Origin: Eledone cirrhosa
Lineage: Eukaryota
NCBI GenBank assembly: GCA_964016885.1
Contig: OZ024745.1
Coordinates: 62,496,001 to 62,560,000 of the forward strand
Direction of reading: 5' to 3'
DNA: 64,000 nt
In this document: one piece after another, positions 27,499 through 41,415 of the stretch
How the letters are laid out: every line of letters starts with the position of its first letter
How positions within the stretch are numbered: the first letter of the stretch is position 1
Position numbers and translations under genes: made by a program
The notes under the pieces: model-generated
What the model was told of the DNA's origin: nothing
Seen by the model: only the letters and a program-made list of their open reading frames with translations
Databases searched by the model: none

Positions 27499-30400
27499 TG
27501 TGTATATATTCTGTGTTTGTGTGCGATTTTATGATTATGTGCGTTGGCGGTACGTGTATAATTACCATAGTCAATTAAAATAGTATGCGTACGGAAAACG
27601 GTTTCACAAATAAGTTTTTAGTACTCATAAACAATTGTGCTTTTTGTTTGGGAGTACATTTCAGTAATTTAGCAAATGTTATTGATTCGCATATAATCTA
27701 GAATGAAAGACACTCATCAAACTTTTATTAATAAACATATTTTAAATGAAAATTAATTATATACCATGAATTTGGCAAGTTGTAATAATTAGTAATGTAT
27801 AATTACTGCACTTGAATGAGTTATGAACAGGGACTTATTTAAATATATATGTATCATTTGGCATTTTCTGTATATATATATATCATTTATTGGTTACATC
27901 TGTTTAATAATTTACAAATTTATGAATAAATTTTAATCAATGTTACATAACTCATTAAAATTGCACTTTCATCTAAATCTTATTATCTCAATTAACACAA
28001 TATCGATCATTTAATTAATTATAATAACATCTGATGAAAATGTATAATTTTCAAATGTCACCTATAAAATATATCAATAGGTAAATAAAATTTAATAACG
28101 ATTTCTCTGTTAAAAGTCATGTAAAAAACACTAGTTGGGAAAGTATTTTACGCTAATTCTCAATCCCAAGTTTCTAAAACAAAAACAACACTAGACGTGA
28201 AGCGCCTATATACATACATTAACTAGTATGGCGTATGGGAAAAGTACTTATGAACGCATCTTGCATAAGGACCAAGAGTCAGATAAGTGCTAATGTATTT
28301 AATGTAGTAAATGATGGAATAATAATTATAAAATTACCGTTCGGAGGAAAATTGTGTTTAATTATTATCGCTGTAAAGGCACGCGAGGCACCTGAAACAG
28401 TTCAAGTTATTAAAAGAAAACCATGAGCATGAAACCGCAACTGATTCTCAAAGCTGAATATAATTGTGGTTACACTGGCCAATGTTTCAATCCCATTAGG
28501 AATTCTCAGCGAAGCATAGTTTAAGTGAAAGATGACTGATTTATGTAATGAGCGTGAGTGAATAAAACAGATGTGGAAACTAAAAACCATAGTCGACCGT
28601 GGTTCATAGTCTGGCAATTACTAGTAGAATCCAGGCTTTGATGTAAATGACTAATGAGCCGAAAACCTATACCGATTTGCAAAGTACGAGAATCATTTCT
28701 ACTGCATGTCGATAATTAATTTTCAATATATTACATTTTATTAGTGATTTCCCTGCATTTCTTGATTATATATAATTATTATACTAACCTTTGTGTTTTG
28801 TCGCTATAACCCGGTCAATTACTATACTAAATATGCTAGTGACTAGTTAATTATGTATTTTTCATACAGAAGGCTTCACATTGCAATCTCCTCTAGACAA
28901 ACTATAGCAGTGTCTATCATATGTTTCACATTTACATAGGAATCTGTACATGCCGGGATGATGTTTTTGTTCTACACCATTTAAAACTTATCAGTATTAC
29001 GAAAAAGAGAAACACACTCATACAAATGCACTCATACATACATCCAAGGGCACACACATGGACACTGCTAATATTATTTGGCTATTAATTAATTACATAA
29101 TTTAGTTTATTTACTCATGAGTGTTTGATTTCATTATTCATTCATTTTACATTATTAGAATTACGATGTCCTACATATGCTATTATAATCAGCAAAGTGT
29201 GGGAGGAAATTCTATTATTTATATTACTCATAGGGGTCCCTGAGTTCGGCTGATTCGGCATAGAAGCACTAGTGGTCATCTCATTGCTTTTATTTTACAA
29301 TCAACACACTGGGTTCTTATGCATGGTGATATTTGGATGAGATCATATTTATATATATATTTGTTTAATATTTACGATTTGTTATGCCCTCTACATTATG
29401 AATTTATTAACATCATTCTGCTACATAATGTGTGTATTTCATATTCGTTTCATAATGAGGATATCCTATTCCGGATAAGTTTAGCTAGGATTCATACAGT
29501 TTTATATTTATCGCCCGTGCTACTTGAATTGCAATAAGTTTCTATTTTGAAATAATTTTATGAGTTGTTTTGGGAATATTTTATGTATTCTTTCAACTCC
29601 TGTTTATTTTTCGTGTTTTATTCTCTAGTGTGTTGGGTGGTGGGTTGTTTCATATTTTTCAGTGTTAGTTCCGGTTAAAATGTTATTTGTTTGCTAAACC
29701 TTTAGTTTCAATCCGTTCTACTGTCAATAAACGCGATAAGAGTAATTGCGTTTCTATTAATTTAATGAGTAAGAGAAGGGTTTCGGTTTCACCAGTTTGA
29801 GTACTGAAAGTTAACCATGTATATCGGGTCATGTTTGTTTCGTGTATAAGTCGGAGGAAATGTCTGGTAGAATATAGAATACGTGTTGATGACATGGGAA
29901 GAAAATTAATTCAAACGCAATATAGAGTGAATCTAAAACATTCCTTCACAATATATCCTTCCAAGGGACTCATTCGAATATGTTCATATTTACATGGTTT
30001 TTGAAAGGAAAAATCTATTACAATATTTATTTTCTTTCCGACAAATTATTTTCTACTACGGAGATATATGTAATTCAATAAAAGTTTCTTTTTCTTTTTA
30101 ATATAAATATGTATAATAATGTAATTAGGAAAAAATACTAAGGGCGATTTGTATTTATAGAAATTCATTCTAGAATTATGTAATTATTGAGTTTATTTTG
30201 AATCCACTTATGATATACAAGAATACCTAAATGGAAACTTCACTGTTTGTCAATGTTCAATGCAAATCATTCTTTGTTTCGTTTTAATGTTTTCCTTTTG
30301 TTTTCATTTCATTGTGAAAACTAACCAAATATTGAAAAATAACAATTCACGTTAATGTGTTTTCATTATAGCATGAAATGTTATATGTATTCAAATTTCA

Positions 30401-30799
30401 TAGAAGATGACAGCTGAATATACGTATCGTAATTTCTAATTACTGTTATCATCAACTATATTTAGAAAGTGTAAAAATACTATATCATTTTGTTTATTGA
30501 ACACGCAATCTTCTGGATACAACCACTCAAAAAACATTGCAGAATGCTAGACTATGACTTTACGTTACGTCTCATCGGTGTATAAAAATGATGCCCAATT
30601 AATTATAGAATTGGTGTAGTGATTCAGGAATATGTTACAAAGAAGGTATCGATTGTCGACATTCCAAAGTGTAGTCATGTGCACCAATATATTATTTATC
30701 ACATCTATTATCATAACCATCATATTAAGGTGCATCCTCGCGAAGTGGAGACAATACTTTCTTTGCTGATCTCCCAAACTCGATCACATCAGCATCAGG

Positions 30800-32010
30800 G
30801 TGCATCTGGGAGCGGTGACTAATATCTCAGAGGTTGATGTCAAAAGAGCAGATAAAGCGCTTAAAAGTGGCAAGGCCGCTGGGGAAGATGAAATCCGACC
30901 CGAGATGTTAAAAGCATTAAATAGAGAAGGTATTCTCTGGCTGACTCGTGTGTGCCGCGTGGCCTGAATCTCTGGAAAGCCACCTAAGCAATAGTAATCG
31001 GGAGTGATAATGTCAATTTTCAAGAAGAGAGAGAAGGCAGATTATTCCATTTATAGAGGGATCTTCTTGTTAAACCTGTCCAGTAATGTCTATACTAAGT
31101 GGTTGGCAAAGAAACGCAGGGCGATTGTAGAGTCCAATCTAGCTGATGAACAGTGTGGTTTTCGAGGAATCGTGGAAGTATTGCCAAGAAATATACTCTT
31201 GTTTTGTCGACATTGAAAATATATATAACCGCGTTCCTCGGAACCTGTCGTGGAACGTTTTGCACGAGTATGGGATCGACTGTCAGCTACTTGCTGCCGT
31301 GTTGTCTCTATATGAATGCTAACCCGAGTATTTCTATTCAGATAAATTGGTCTAAATCGAAACCATTTAATATGGGAGTTTAATATTGACTCAGCCAAGT
31401 TTACGTACTGTCAAATATCCTGTTCATTGTTTACATGAATAGAATTGAAATGTGAAGCTGGGTTGGAAGTGTTATCATGACTGGCGCGTTTAAAATCAGT
31501 CGGTCGAAATTTACAGACGACATGGTGTAAACTGAAATCGACAGAAGATGATCTCCGACTTGCACACAATAGAATTGATGACAAGTCCTCCGTGACTGGA
31601 ATGAAAATCAGGAGGCTGCATTAAATGCAAGTATTGCATTATTTGGTGCAATAATGCGCTAACTTCAGCAGTAAGTAATCAGAGGAAGGGAGGTAAGCGT
31701 AAAAGCTAAACTCACTGAATCTTCAATTCAGTATTCGTGCCGAACCTTACCTATGGTCAAGAGTGGGTAATGACCAAAAGAATACGATCGCGAATACATG
31801 CGACCGAAATTGGGTTCCCCGAAGAGTCTTTGCGGTAAGATGACTCGATAGAGTGCGTAGCTAGGAGATCCGAGAGACACTTCAGACAGAGCCGCTACTT
31901 CTCCGAATTGAGAGATCACAGCTCCGATACTATGGGCATATGATTAGAATGATTCAGGAAAGTATCACTGGAGATACTTTACTAGCAAAACCAACCACCA
32001 GGAGACCCAC
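30800..32010 (+). mobile_element. Decayed RTE-like LINE RT
   Basis: ISEVDVKRA..ALKSGKAAGEDEIRPEMLK, YRGIFLL, EQCGFR, FTDDMV, and later LRYYGHMIRM; many stops and frameshifts. Confidence 0.8.
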
Positions 32011-33300
32011 ACAGACAAGGACACCTCGCACACACATACATACGTGCATACACACACGCATGCATATATACATGTATATATACATACATATATATACATG
32101 TATAGGTAAACGAAAACACTCGGAACGACTGCTTCGCCCTGGGGCCCTGTCAGGCTTGGTACCAACCACGCCACCGGTTATTGACAGCCAAACAGTATCT
32201 TTAAATTCTAGGCTTAATCATAACTTTTAACTTTATGATGCCTCCTTAACTTTATGATGCACTTAACTAAATCCCCCCACCCCCCGCCAGTGTGAATAAC
32301 TAGTAATCGTTTGGTATATACGACAGCCAGCCGACGGTGGCGGACTTCCAGCTAGCACAGCCGACGCTTAAGACAGTTAAGATTCCTGGAATGCTCGGAA
32401 AAATAAATTTCCATTTATTTCGCTAGATGATAATACTCGGAACGGCTGACATGCAGTTGGGCCCCGGGCTGGCCGAGGGTCCGCTTCGTCGCTGGTTGTT
32501 GACCGCTAAGCATGGGCTTAATCTTTACTCTATATTCTACCGTGAAACATTATCGTGACTCTCTATAATACACTTAAACTTTTTCATAAAAGCCTTCTCC
32601 TAAACCTTATTTTTCTAATTTCATCTTAAATGGCATCCTCTAACCCTAAACATAAATTTAACGTTTCTAATTGTTAATCGTAATTTCTGTCCATACATGC
32701 AGACGTCCACTATATATTACTATATATAGCTTTGTTAAAGATATATATTCTTTAAAAAAATATTTTTCGTCGCACTTTCTAGCACGCATGACCAGCTTGA
32801 TTGTAACCTGATCTCAATGCTGGCCTCTGTCTGTGACGGAGTGGTAGTAGTACACTATAAGCCTATGCCCCTTCACCAGATGGACATAAGTAGGCTTAAT
32901 AATCACCACTCGAGAGCGGCCGACCGGGGTAGAAGTTGCTAAATATTCGGTCACTCTCATGTCTCTGATTTTCAGCCCTATGGATTTTGTCTATTATATT
33001 CCTTTGTTATATTTCGAATACCTGATGATGTCACCGGATTCATACCGAACGCGGTCATTGAAATGATCATAGTATAAGAAACCTTTTAAGGAATTACACC
33101 AGTCCAACCTCCTGTTATTTTATAATAATTAACTCCGTACTCGCACCACCAACTACTCAAACGAAGACGGGTGAGTTGCATTACGTCGAGTGCTCTCCAT
33201 AATATTACATCGAGGTTGATCACACGGAATGACCAGTTCTATCCAGTGGTGAACCAACAAACCTAAATATATATAAATACATATATATATATATATATGC

Positions 33301-34077
<777 letters not shown>

Positions 34078-34341
34078 CGTTTGTTGGTAAGTGTGTACGC
34101 ATTTCTTCTAACTTTAATTTTATACCTAATTGTGTATGGTTGACGGTATATTTAGTCGATTTCCACGTGCTGTTGAAATGTTGGGTACACATTCGATTGC
34201 GGTCTGCTGCGAAGAGATTGCTGTCGTTTATTTATCTTATATTTCTTCATAGGTACCTTTTAATCTTATAGCCTGGTCTTTGTAATTGGGAGAGGAAATG
34301 GTGTATATATATTATCAAATGATTCTATGGACATACTTTTT

Positions 34342-34402
<61 letters not shown>

Positions 34403-34995
34403 GATGGTGTTTGTGTGCATGTATGTGTTTACTTTAGTATCATTTATACAGTGTATTGAAATATATATCTTCGTCTAAGATATTTCAAAGAGAGATCGCT
34501 TTGAAAACGGAGATGAACTTATTACGTTAAAGTTATAAATTTATTAATATACGCAGTGTAAAATGATCCGTATACTATTAATAATCTTTGACATATTTTC
34601 TCAAACGTTATCGTTTCTAACATTTTCAAATTAACCTTGAAATCATTGAAACATTCTATATGTGCCAGATATGATCAACAGCAACACTAAGACATCCTCA
34701 ATAGAGATAGACAATTAATCTCTGTGACGAAAAATGGCAAATGATTTTAAATTAGTCACGCATATATACAAACCAATCTCCCTGTCAAAACAAATGATAT
34801 TGAAATAAACATTTCGCAAATTCAAATAAAGATTATTCCGTGATCTAGCCTAGAATGACACTTTATTTATCGGTGGCAATGAGTGGATTAATTTGATAAG
34901 TATAGTAAAAATATTTTAGAGCGCGAACGATATGCGTTTGTGTTTGTGGAGGCGTATAAAGATGAACACAGACACACACACACACACACACACTT

Positions 34996-35033
<38 letters not shown>

Positions 35034-35043
35034 GAGCACACAC

Positions 35044-35076
<33 letters not shown>

Positions 35077-36859
35077 AGATCAAAAGATGGTTAAAAGAGT
35101 TCCAAGTATTTTATTATGCGCATTTCAAAAACAAATATCATCATGGGATGATATCATATCATCATGATATGAAGCTTAATGTACAAGTGTGTGTAAGTGT
35201 GTAAAGAACTAAACTAAAACGTGTAATTAAGAACAAGAAAGACTTGGTGGATTCTTTATAAAACTCAATCAAAGGAATAAATGTAATTACTTGAAACAGT
35301 TCTTTCCAGTCCTGTGGGGAGGGTTCGATTCAGTACGTTTCCCCTGTAAACGCCTTAAACAAGAACGTAATATCATTACAAAATGTATGAACTGAATGTA
35401 TGAACAGTCAATGTATGAACTGAAAAGGCTTAGAACATAAAACCACAGCCATATATGTTTTTGTTATTATTATAGTCAGTTACAAAATATCAGGCATCTC
35501 AGCACACAGATATATATTAGACTGATACAAAATATATAGCCATTATATTTGTAGTATAATATTTGCAGCTCATCCGCTACCTATCACTCTCCAACATCAT
35601 GAACTCAATGATTATTATAACTTGAAACGTAATATGTCACATTAGCCACCCAGATTAAATCTGCTTTCCTAAAAATATTATCTCAGTAACAGAAAGCTTT
35701 AATAGCTATAGCAGCAAGTATCAATTTTAACCCATTCAATATTATTGATTTGAAGTCTCCATAACTAAGCCATACCTTCTGGAATGTTAATGATTGCTGA
35801 ATACAGCATATCTATCTGATGCTTCAAGAGAACAGGGACATTTGAGGTTGGGATAGGTATTAATATTTTGTGTGATAAATCAAGGACATTTATATGTTAA
35901 AATTTGATATAATGTATCTTGAGCGAAAATGTATTAACGAATATCGGTTCATAATCTACAAAAAGCCCTCCCGAAATTGCTGCATTTCCTGAAATATTGT
36001 CAAGTAAACATGTTTGCAATTTCTTGATCTTAATTAAAAGAAACAAAGATTTAACATGTTTTATAAGATATATTTTTAATTAAACAAATAAGCCTGACTC
36101 CTGAGATGAGCAACTTTCAATTACAAAACCAATTTATCGGTTCGTAAACCACAAATATTATCCAATTACACATTTGAGTTACCCTGCTAAATTCCGTAGA
36201 TTACAAACCATATTTTCTAAAATGGAAAATTACGCATTCCTGTTAAAATTTCCCAAATTAATCATGAATTTAACAGATGCAGAAAATTAATTCTTTACAA
36301 CTGCAAAAGACACATCTTTGTGATAATTCCAACATAGTTGGACAAAAATCATTTCATTGTTAAAGCCTTCAGATAATTTCATTTTACACAATATTTATAG
36401 TTTTCCAATGTTATATATTTTCTTTACTGCTCTATTTCTAATATTATCTTTCAACACGCAAAAAACATATCGATAAACGAGGGTTCTGTACAAAACGAAA
36501 TCAAATTTCATCAACTATAATGTATATAGGCTTTAATGCATAAAAGGAATCGGATTTTACACACAAACTCACACGTATATATATATATTAATATATATAT
36601 ATATATTAGTAAAAAGGAAAAGATAGTGCTGACAAATTTTTCCCAGTGAAAAATAGTTTAATTAGGAACAAGTAATAAGTATTGGTTAGTATTCAGTTTT
36701 AGTTTTAAGCTTTTACCGGTTGCGCATTTCTAATGCTTTTCAAAAACATCACGAACGTAATCGGGAGTAATCGGGAGTAACCACAGTAAGGTACTCAATA
36801 CATTAGTAGAGTCTAAATATTATGCTTAATATATAAAATGCTTATTACGCTAGAACTGT

Positions 36860-37400
36860 TTCTTTTAAACGAAATCATCAGGAAAGCCAACTGTCCTTGT
36901 AAAACGGTTATATTTGTATGTTTTCTGGTGGTTTGGGAAGGTATTGAGGGTATTCATGCAAAGCCCATGGAAAATGCGATGTCCATGAAACTGAGAGATA
37001 TTTTATCTTTTGTATCTTGGTACAGAAGCGTTGCCTCTGTGACTCCCAACTCCATTTACAATTTATAACTGAGCCTACGAGAAGCCAATTACAAATATTA
37101 TTAGTTGTTCTTTGCTTTGTTTAAACTCTTATAAGAATGTGTAATAGTATACATTTCCTTGTTTGAAAGTACTACATATCCAATGTGACATTTCTCCAGG
37201 GTCTCATTTAAAGGAGAATTGGCTAATAGACAAATAACTTCAAGGCCCCCTTCTCTTGGTTCTTTGATTAGATTGGGAAAATGAAAGATGGCTGAGAACT
37301 GGACCATTTCGAAATATATGCCAAGGCATGAATATAATATGGTGTCTTCAGAGAATCAGGCCATCGTTTGATATGAACATTAATGGAGGGATACTGGTGG
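36860..37400 (-). pseudogene. Highly decayed L1-like ORF2 fragment
   Basis: LIKEPREGGLEV resembles the P..EGGLG thumb motif of L1-clade RTs; nothing else recognisable. Confidence 0.35.
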
Positions 37401-37674
37401 GATACTTTATTAGTTTGTTATATGAGGCTCCGTTACACAAATAGGCAACACAACATAAAAATTGTTTGTAATGTATCCTCAGTTTCCAGTGTTAATTCGA
37501 AATATTAATTGGTTATATGATTCCCGTCAATATCTCTTAACGGTAAAAAGTAGCAGAGCCAATTTGCGTATCATAATTTCGCCAGCAAATTTGATATTAT
37601 TGTCATAGAACATTTGGACGTCATATTTCTAACAGGTAGTCACCACATTCGTATCAATGAAACTAATTAACTGC

Positions 37675-38065
37675 TTCTTCTTCAGCTTCTCCTTCTTCGT
37701 CGCCCACTTATGTCTGAGAGAGTAGTGGGAGCATAGTGCTCAAACACTCCTTCGAGCTGGTCCTGTCAGAAGTAACAGTTTCTCACTGACCCAGCCGGAT
37801 CCGAAGCGAGACCAGCGAAGCTCATGGATACACTTGGGTCCTGCCGATGGATTTTACCGACAAATCTAACTGTCAAGCGATTCTTTCTTGAGATATTCTA
37901 AACTCACGCTCATAGTATCGGATCGGTGATCACTCAATTTGGAGAAATGGTGAGCCTAATTGGAGTGACCCTCTGAAGCACAATTCGCCCGCTTGTAATC
38001 GCGATCGCTTTCTTTCGGTCATTACACAAGTTACATGACCATATGTAAGGGTTGGCCGAATACCG
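37675..38065 (-). mobile_element. 3' end of an RTE-like LINE
   Basis: Resembles the reverse complement of 31720-31960 (aacccttacatatggtcatg...gtaatgaccgaaaga); ends in a (GAA)n-like tail. Confidence 0.6.
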
Positions 38066-38719
38066 ATTTCTCAAGCACATGGACGATCATGGAGAGGAAG
38101 TTATTAAATATTATCAAATGTGTGCACCCCTACACACTGGCCTCTTCCCCATAGGATTCGTATCAAAAACACATATGTGTTACTATGTTACTCCGTGGAA
38201 ATCTAGCAAACAGCATATCTAACAAAGACATAACTACATCTAGAACAATCTAATAAAGGCTACACGAAGATAACCACAGTTCTAAATGCTATACATACAC
38301 GTTCCTTAAATTAGCGTACACATTAGAACTAATATAGTGAGGAAAAAAGACCTTTCATCGTTTAATATACGCATTAGGTCACATACAGAAGTACAGCACA
38401 ACTACTGCACCTACACTAATAAAACCTTATCTGGGCTATTCACTATAAGTGTGCATACATCATTAACATTAAAATACTTCACCGACTCCGACATAATTAA
38501 CTCAACGTCGGAGAGAGAAGCTTAAACATACACACATATTCTACACACTTACACATTCACATACAGACATACACACACCCCAGCGGATCCATAATATCAA
38601 ATACCACAGCAATATTTAAAACTAATGTATCTACATTGCAGAATAGTTTCCTGAAGGGTAAGGCGTACATTAAAATAGGCACACAGACACACACATACAC
38701 ACACACACACATATATATA

Positions 38720-38771
38720 TATACATTTATGTGTGTGTGTGTGTGTGTTTGCGTATGTATGTATGCATATG

Positions 38772-38851
<80 letters not shown>

Positions 38852-38875
38852 GTATAAATATATATATTATATATG

Positions 38876-38917
<42 letters not shown>

Positions 38918-38962
38918 GTATAAATATATATTATATATGTATAAATATATATATTATATATG

Positions 38963-39029
<67 letters not shown>

Positions 39030-39048
39030 TAAATATATATTATATATG

Positions 39049-39090
<42 letters not shown>

Positions 39091-39091
39091 G

Positions 39092-39133
<42 letters not shown>

Positions 39134-39134
39134 G

Positions 39135-39176
<42 letters not shown>

Positions 39177-39258
39177 ATATGTATAAATATATAAATATAT
39201 ATATATATATATATTGATTCTTATATTTCATATATTTCATATATTTCATATATATATA

Positions 39259-39325
<67 letters not shown>
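38720..39325. repeat. (AT)n tract with higher-order unit ATATTATATATGTATAAAT
   Basis: The interrupting motif recurs roughly ten times between 38840 and 39195. Confidence 0.9.
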
Positions 39326-39328
<3 letters not shown>

Positions 39329-39558
39329 AGTGTTGTTTTGAGAAAGCAACACCAAGTATATGTAACAGTGATTATCAATTAATGAAGTACATTCTAGTCT
39401 GTTGACTTATACTTCATGATTATAATTATACTCCTGAGTAAACAGACCCACTTGTGTACTGGGGTGCTCTACCCTGCATGCAATAGAGTCGGTGATTGAC
39501 TAACACATAGCTTACCACAGACACTCACACACAAACACCCATACACTCCCAACACTCC

Positions 39559-39646
<88 letters not shown>

Positions 39647-39669
39647 GGAGAAAGAGAGAGAGAGAGAGA

Positions 39670-41415
39670 GAATTCACAAGAATCAAAGCTATGTTCAAAG
39701 CATTTATTCACTTACAATTGTTTCATCCAAACCTAGACTTGGATCTTCGGAGCATTTTCAAATGCCTGTACATATAATTGACCTCCTATCCAACGCAAGA
39801 TACATACAGATACATATACATATATATATATTGATGTACAGTGGAGTGACATATATTATACTATACTATATTTGTATAGCAATTAAATTCAAAATCAAAA
39901 TTAAAATACATGCGGCAGATAACACAGATAATGCAAGAGGATAGTCCGATAATCAGATCTAGTAGATAGTGTATGCGTTAGTCATACATGGAGCATGCAA
40001 GTGTGTCTCATTTATATACGAGTATTGTGTGGCAAGGTATCTCATGTAATACAAGCACTTTAAGCGGTAAGCAAGAGTATTATGGTGGTTGTAGTGGGAG
40101 GGTATTTTTTGTATAGATCAAAAAAGTATGTGTGAAGAAAAAGAAAAAAGAAAAAGAAAAAGAAAGTTATAGTTTTCGCATCCACCACCATTTTCACATT
40201 CAGAAAAAGGAAGTTATAGTTTTCACATCCATCACATAAGTAACGATGATTCCGTAGTGAATGTTTGATGTAGTAAATGCTTGTAACGTATTGAGGCTCA
40301 GTGTTATTTAATCCATATTTATAGAATAGGTTCTTTCTGCTGCGAGAATTTACAGCGGTTTATTATTCGGAAGTTGGTGTGTAATTAAGGGGAGTTAATG
40401 CGTAAGGGGAGGTAACTAGCTGATTCTCATAACTAAATTCATTGTTCTAACATACATTATATGGTGCCTCAATTGAGTTCCTTATATAAAAGGTTATATA
40501 TTTATATTTAATTTTAAATACAGTCTACTCTATCATAATGTATTAAAGGTATCTATAGGAAGTTGATTACTCCTTATTATATAGCGCTATAATTGAATTT
40601 CCCACACAAAGTGCTATATCTTTATATAAAAATTCACTGTAAATACAGTCAACTTTCAAAACATATCAAAGGACCAATTAGAATTTTGTCTACATAACCT
40701 TTGGAGCAGCGTACGGCTGTTTGCATGATAAAATTAAATGCATCTCTTGGGTAAACAAATACATCAATCATTTACAATGTCATTAATCTATCCATTAAGT
40801 TATACATGCATATATAATTCATATATAATTCATTGCACCACACTACATATATGTTAGACAGATCCCTTATGTTAATAAATTAACCCTATATATATCTAAT
40901 GTTATTACTCTATACATTTAATTACAAATGCATATATAATTCATTGTTGTATCTAGTATTTAAAGTTTATATGAACTGTATTATATTTCAGTCCGTATAT
41001 AATTATAAGTAATTACAAGTAATTATATTAAAAGTTGGTGTTTATGAGGATATTTCTAGGGTATAAAGTTATAGATAGATAGAATGATTTGTGTCGAGGA
41101 AAGGGTGGATCAGAGAGTGTGGTGTAGTGGTGGAAGGCAAGCCCTTGAGGTGCGGTGTTAGAAGCGGTGATGAGTTCATGTCTGACATTGTTATATATTA
41201 GGTCTAAAGCTTTGGAAGGAGTTTCGGAAGCGGTGCTGCCACGACGCAAATACTTCCGATTTTTTATTAAGGAGGTTAAGGTTCGACAAGATTATAGCAT
41301 GGGTCTCTAGTAGACAGAGGTTACAGAATTTATTAGGGGGTTTGTACGATGCCGCCTTACCTATCACTTCCCATTGAAGTGTATATGATCTATCTCTAAT
41401 TTTCAGATAGTATAT
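39670..41415 (-). mobile_element. 5'-truncated Naiad-type PLE (C-terminus, 3' tail family A, HHR-like motif)
   Basis: The minus strand 41415-41191 reads IYYLKIRDRSYTLQWEVIGKAASYKPPNKFCNLCLLETHAIILSNLNLLNKKSEVFASWQHR...stop (not in the ORF track); tail matches 10040-10765. Confidence 0.85.

Noticed and set aside
27600-30800. Possible host exons in the AT-rich unique-looking stretches (also 11200-13350, 34500-36700, 46750-50900)
   Set aside because: No ORF with recognisable protein motifs or convincing splice-flanked coding segment. Small exons cannot be excluded without RNA-seq.
41120-41190. ATGA...AA after the Naiad stop codon as a SECIS candidate (minus strand)
   Set aside because: Spacing is off and there is no complementary helix or GA quartet.
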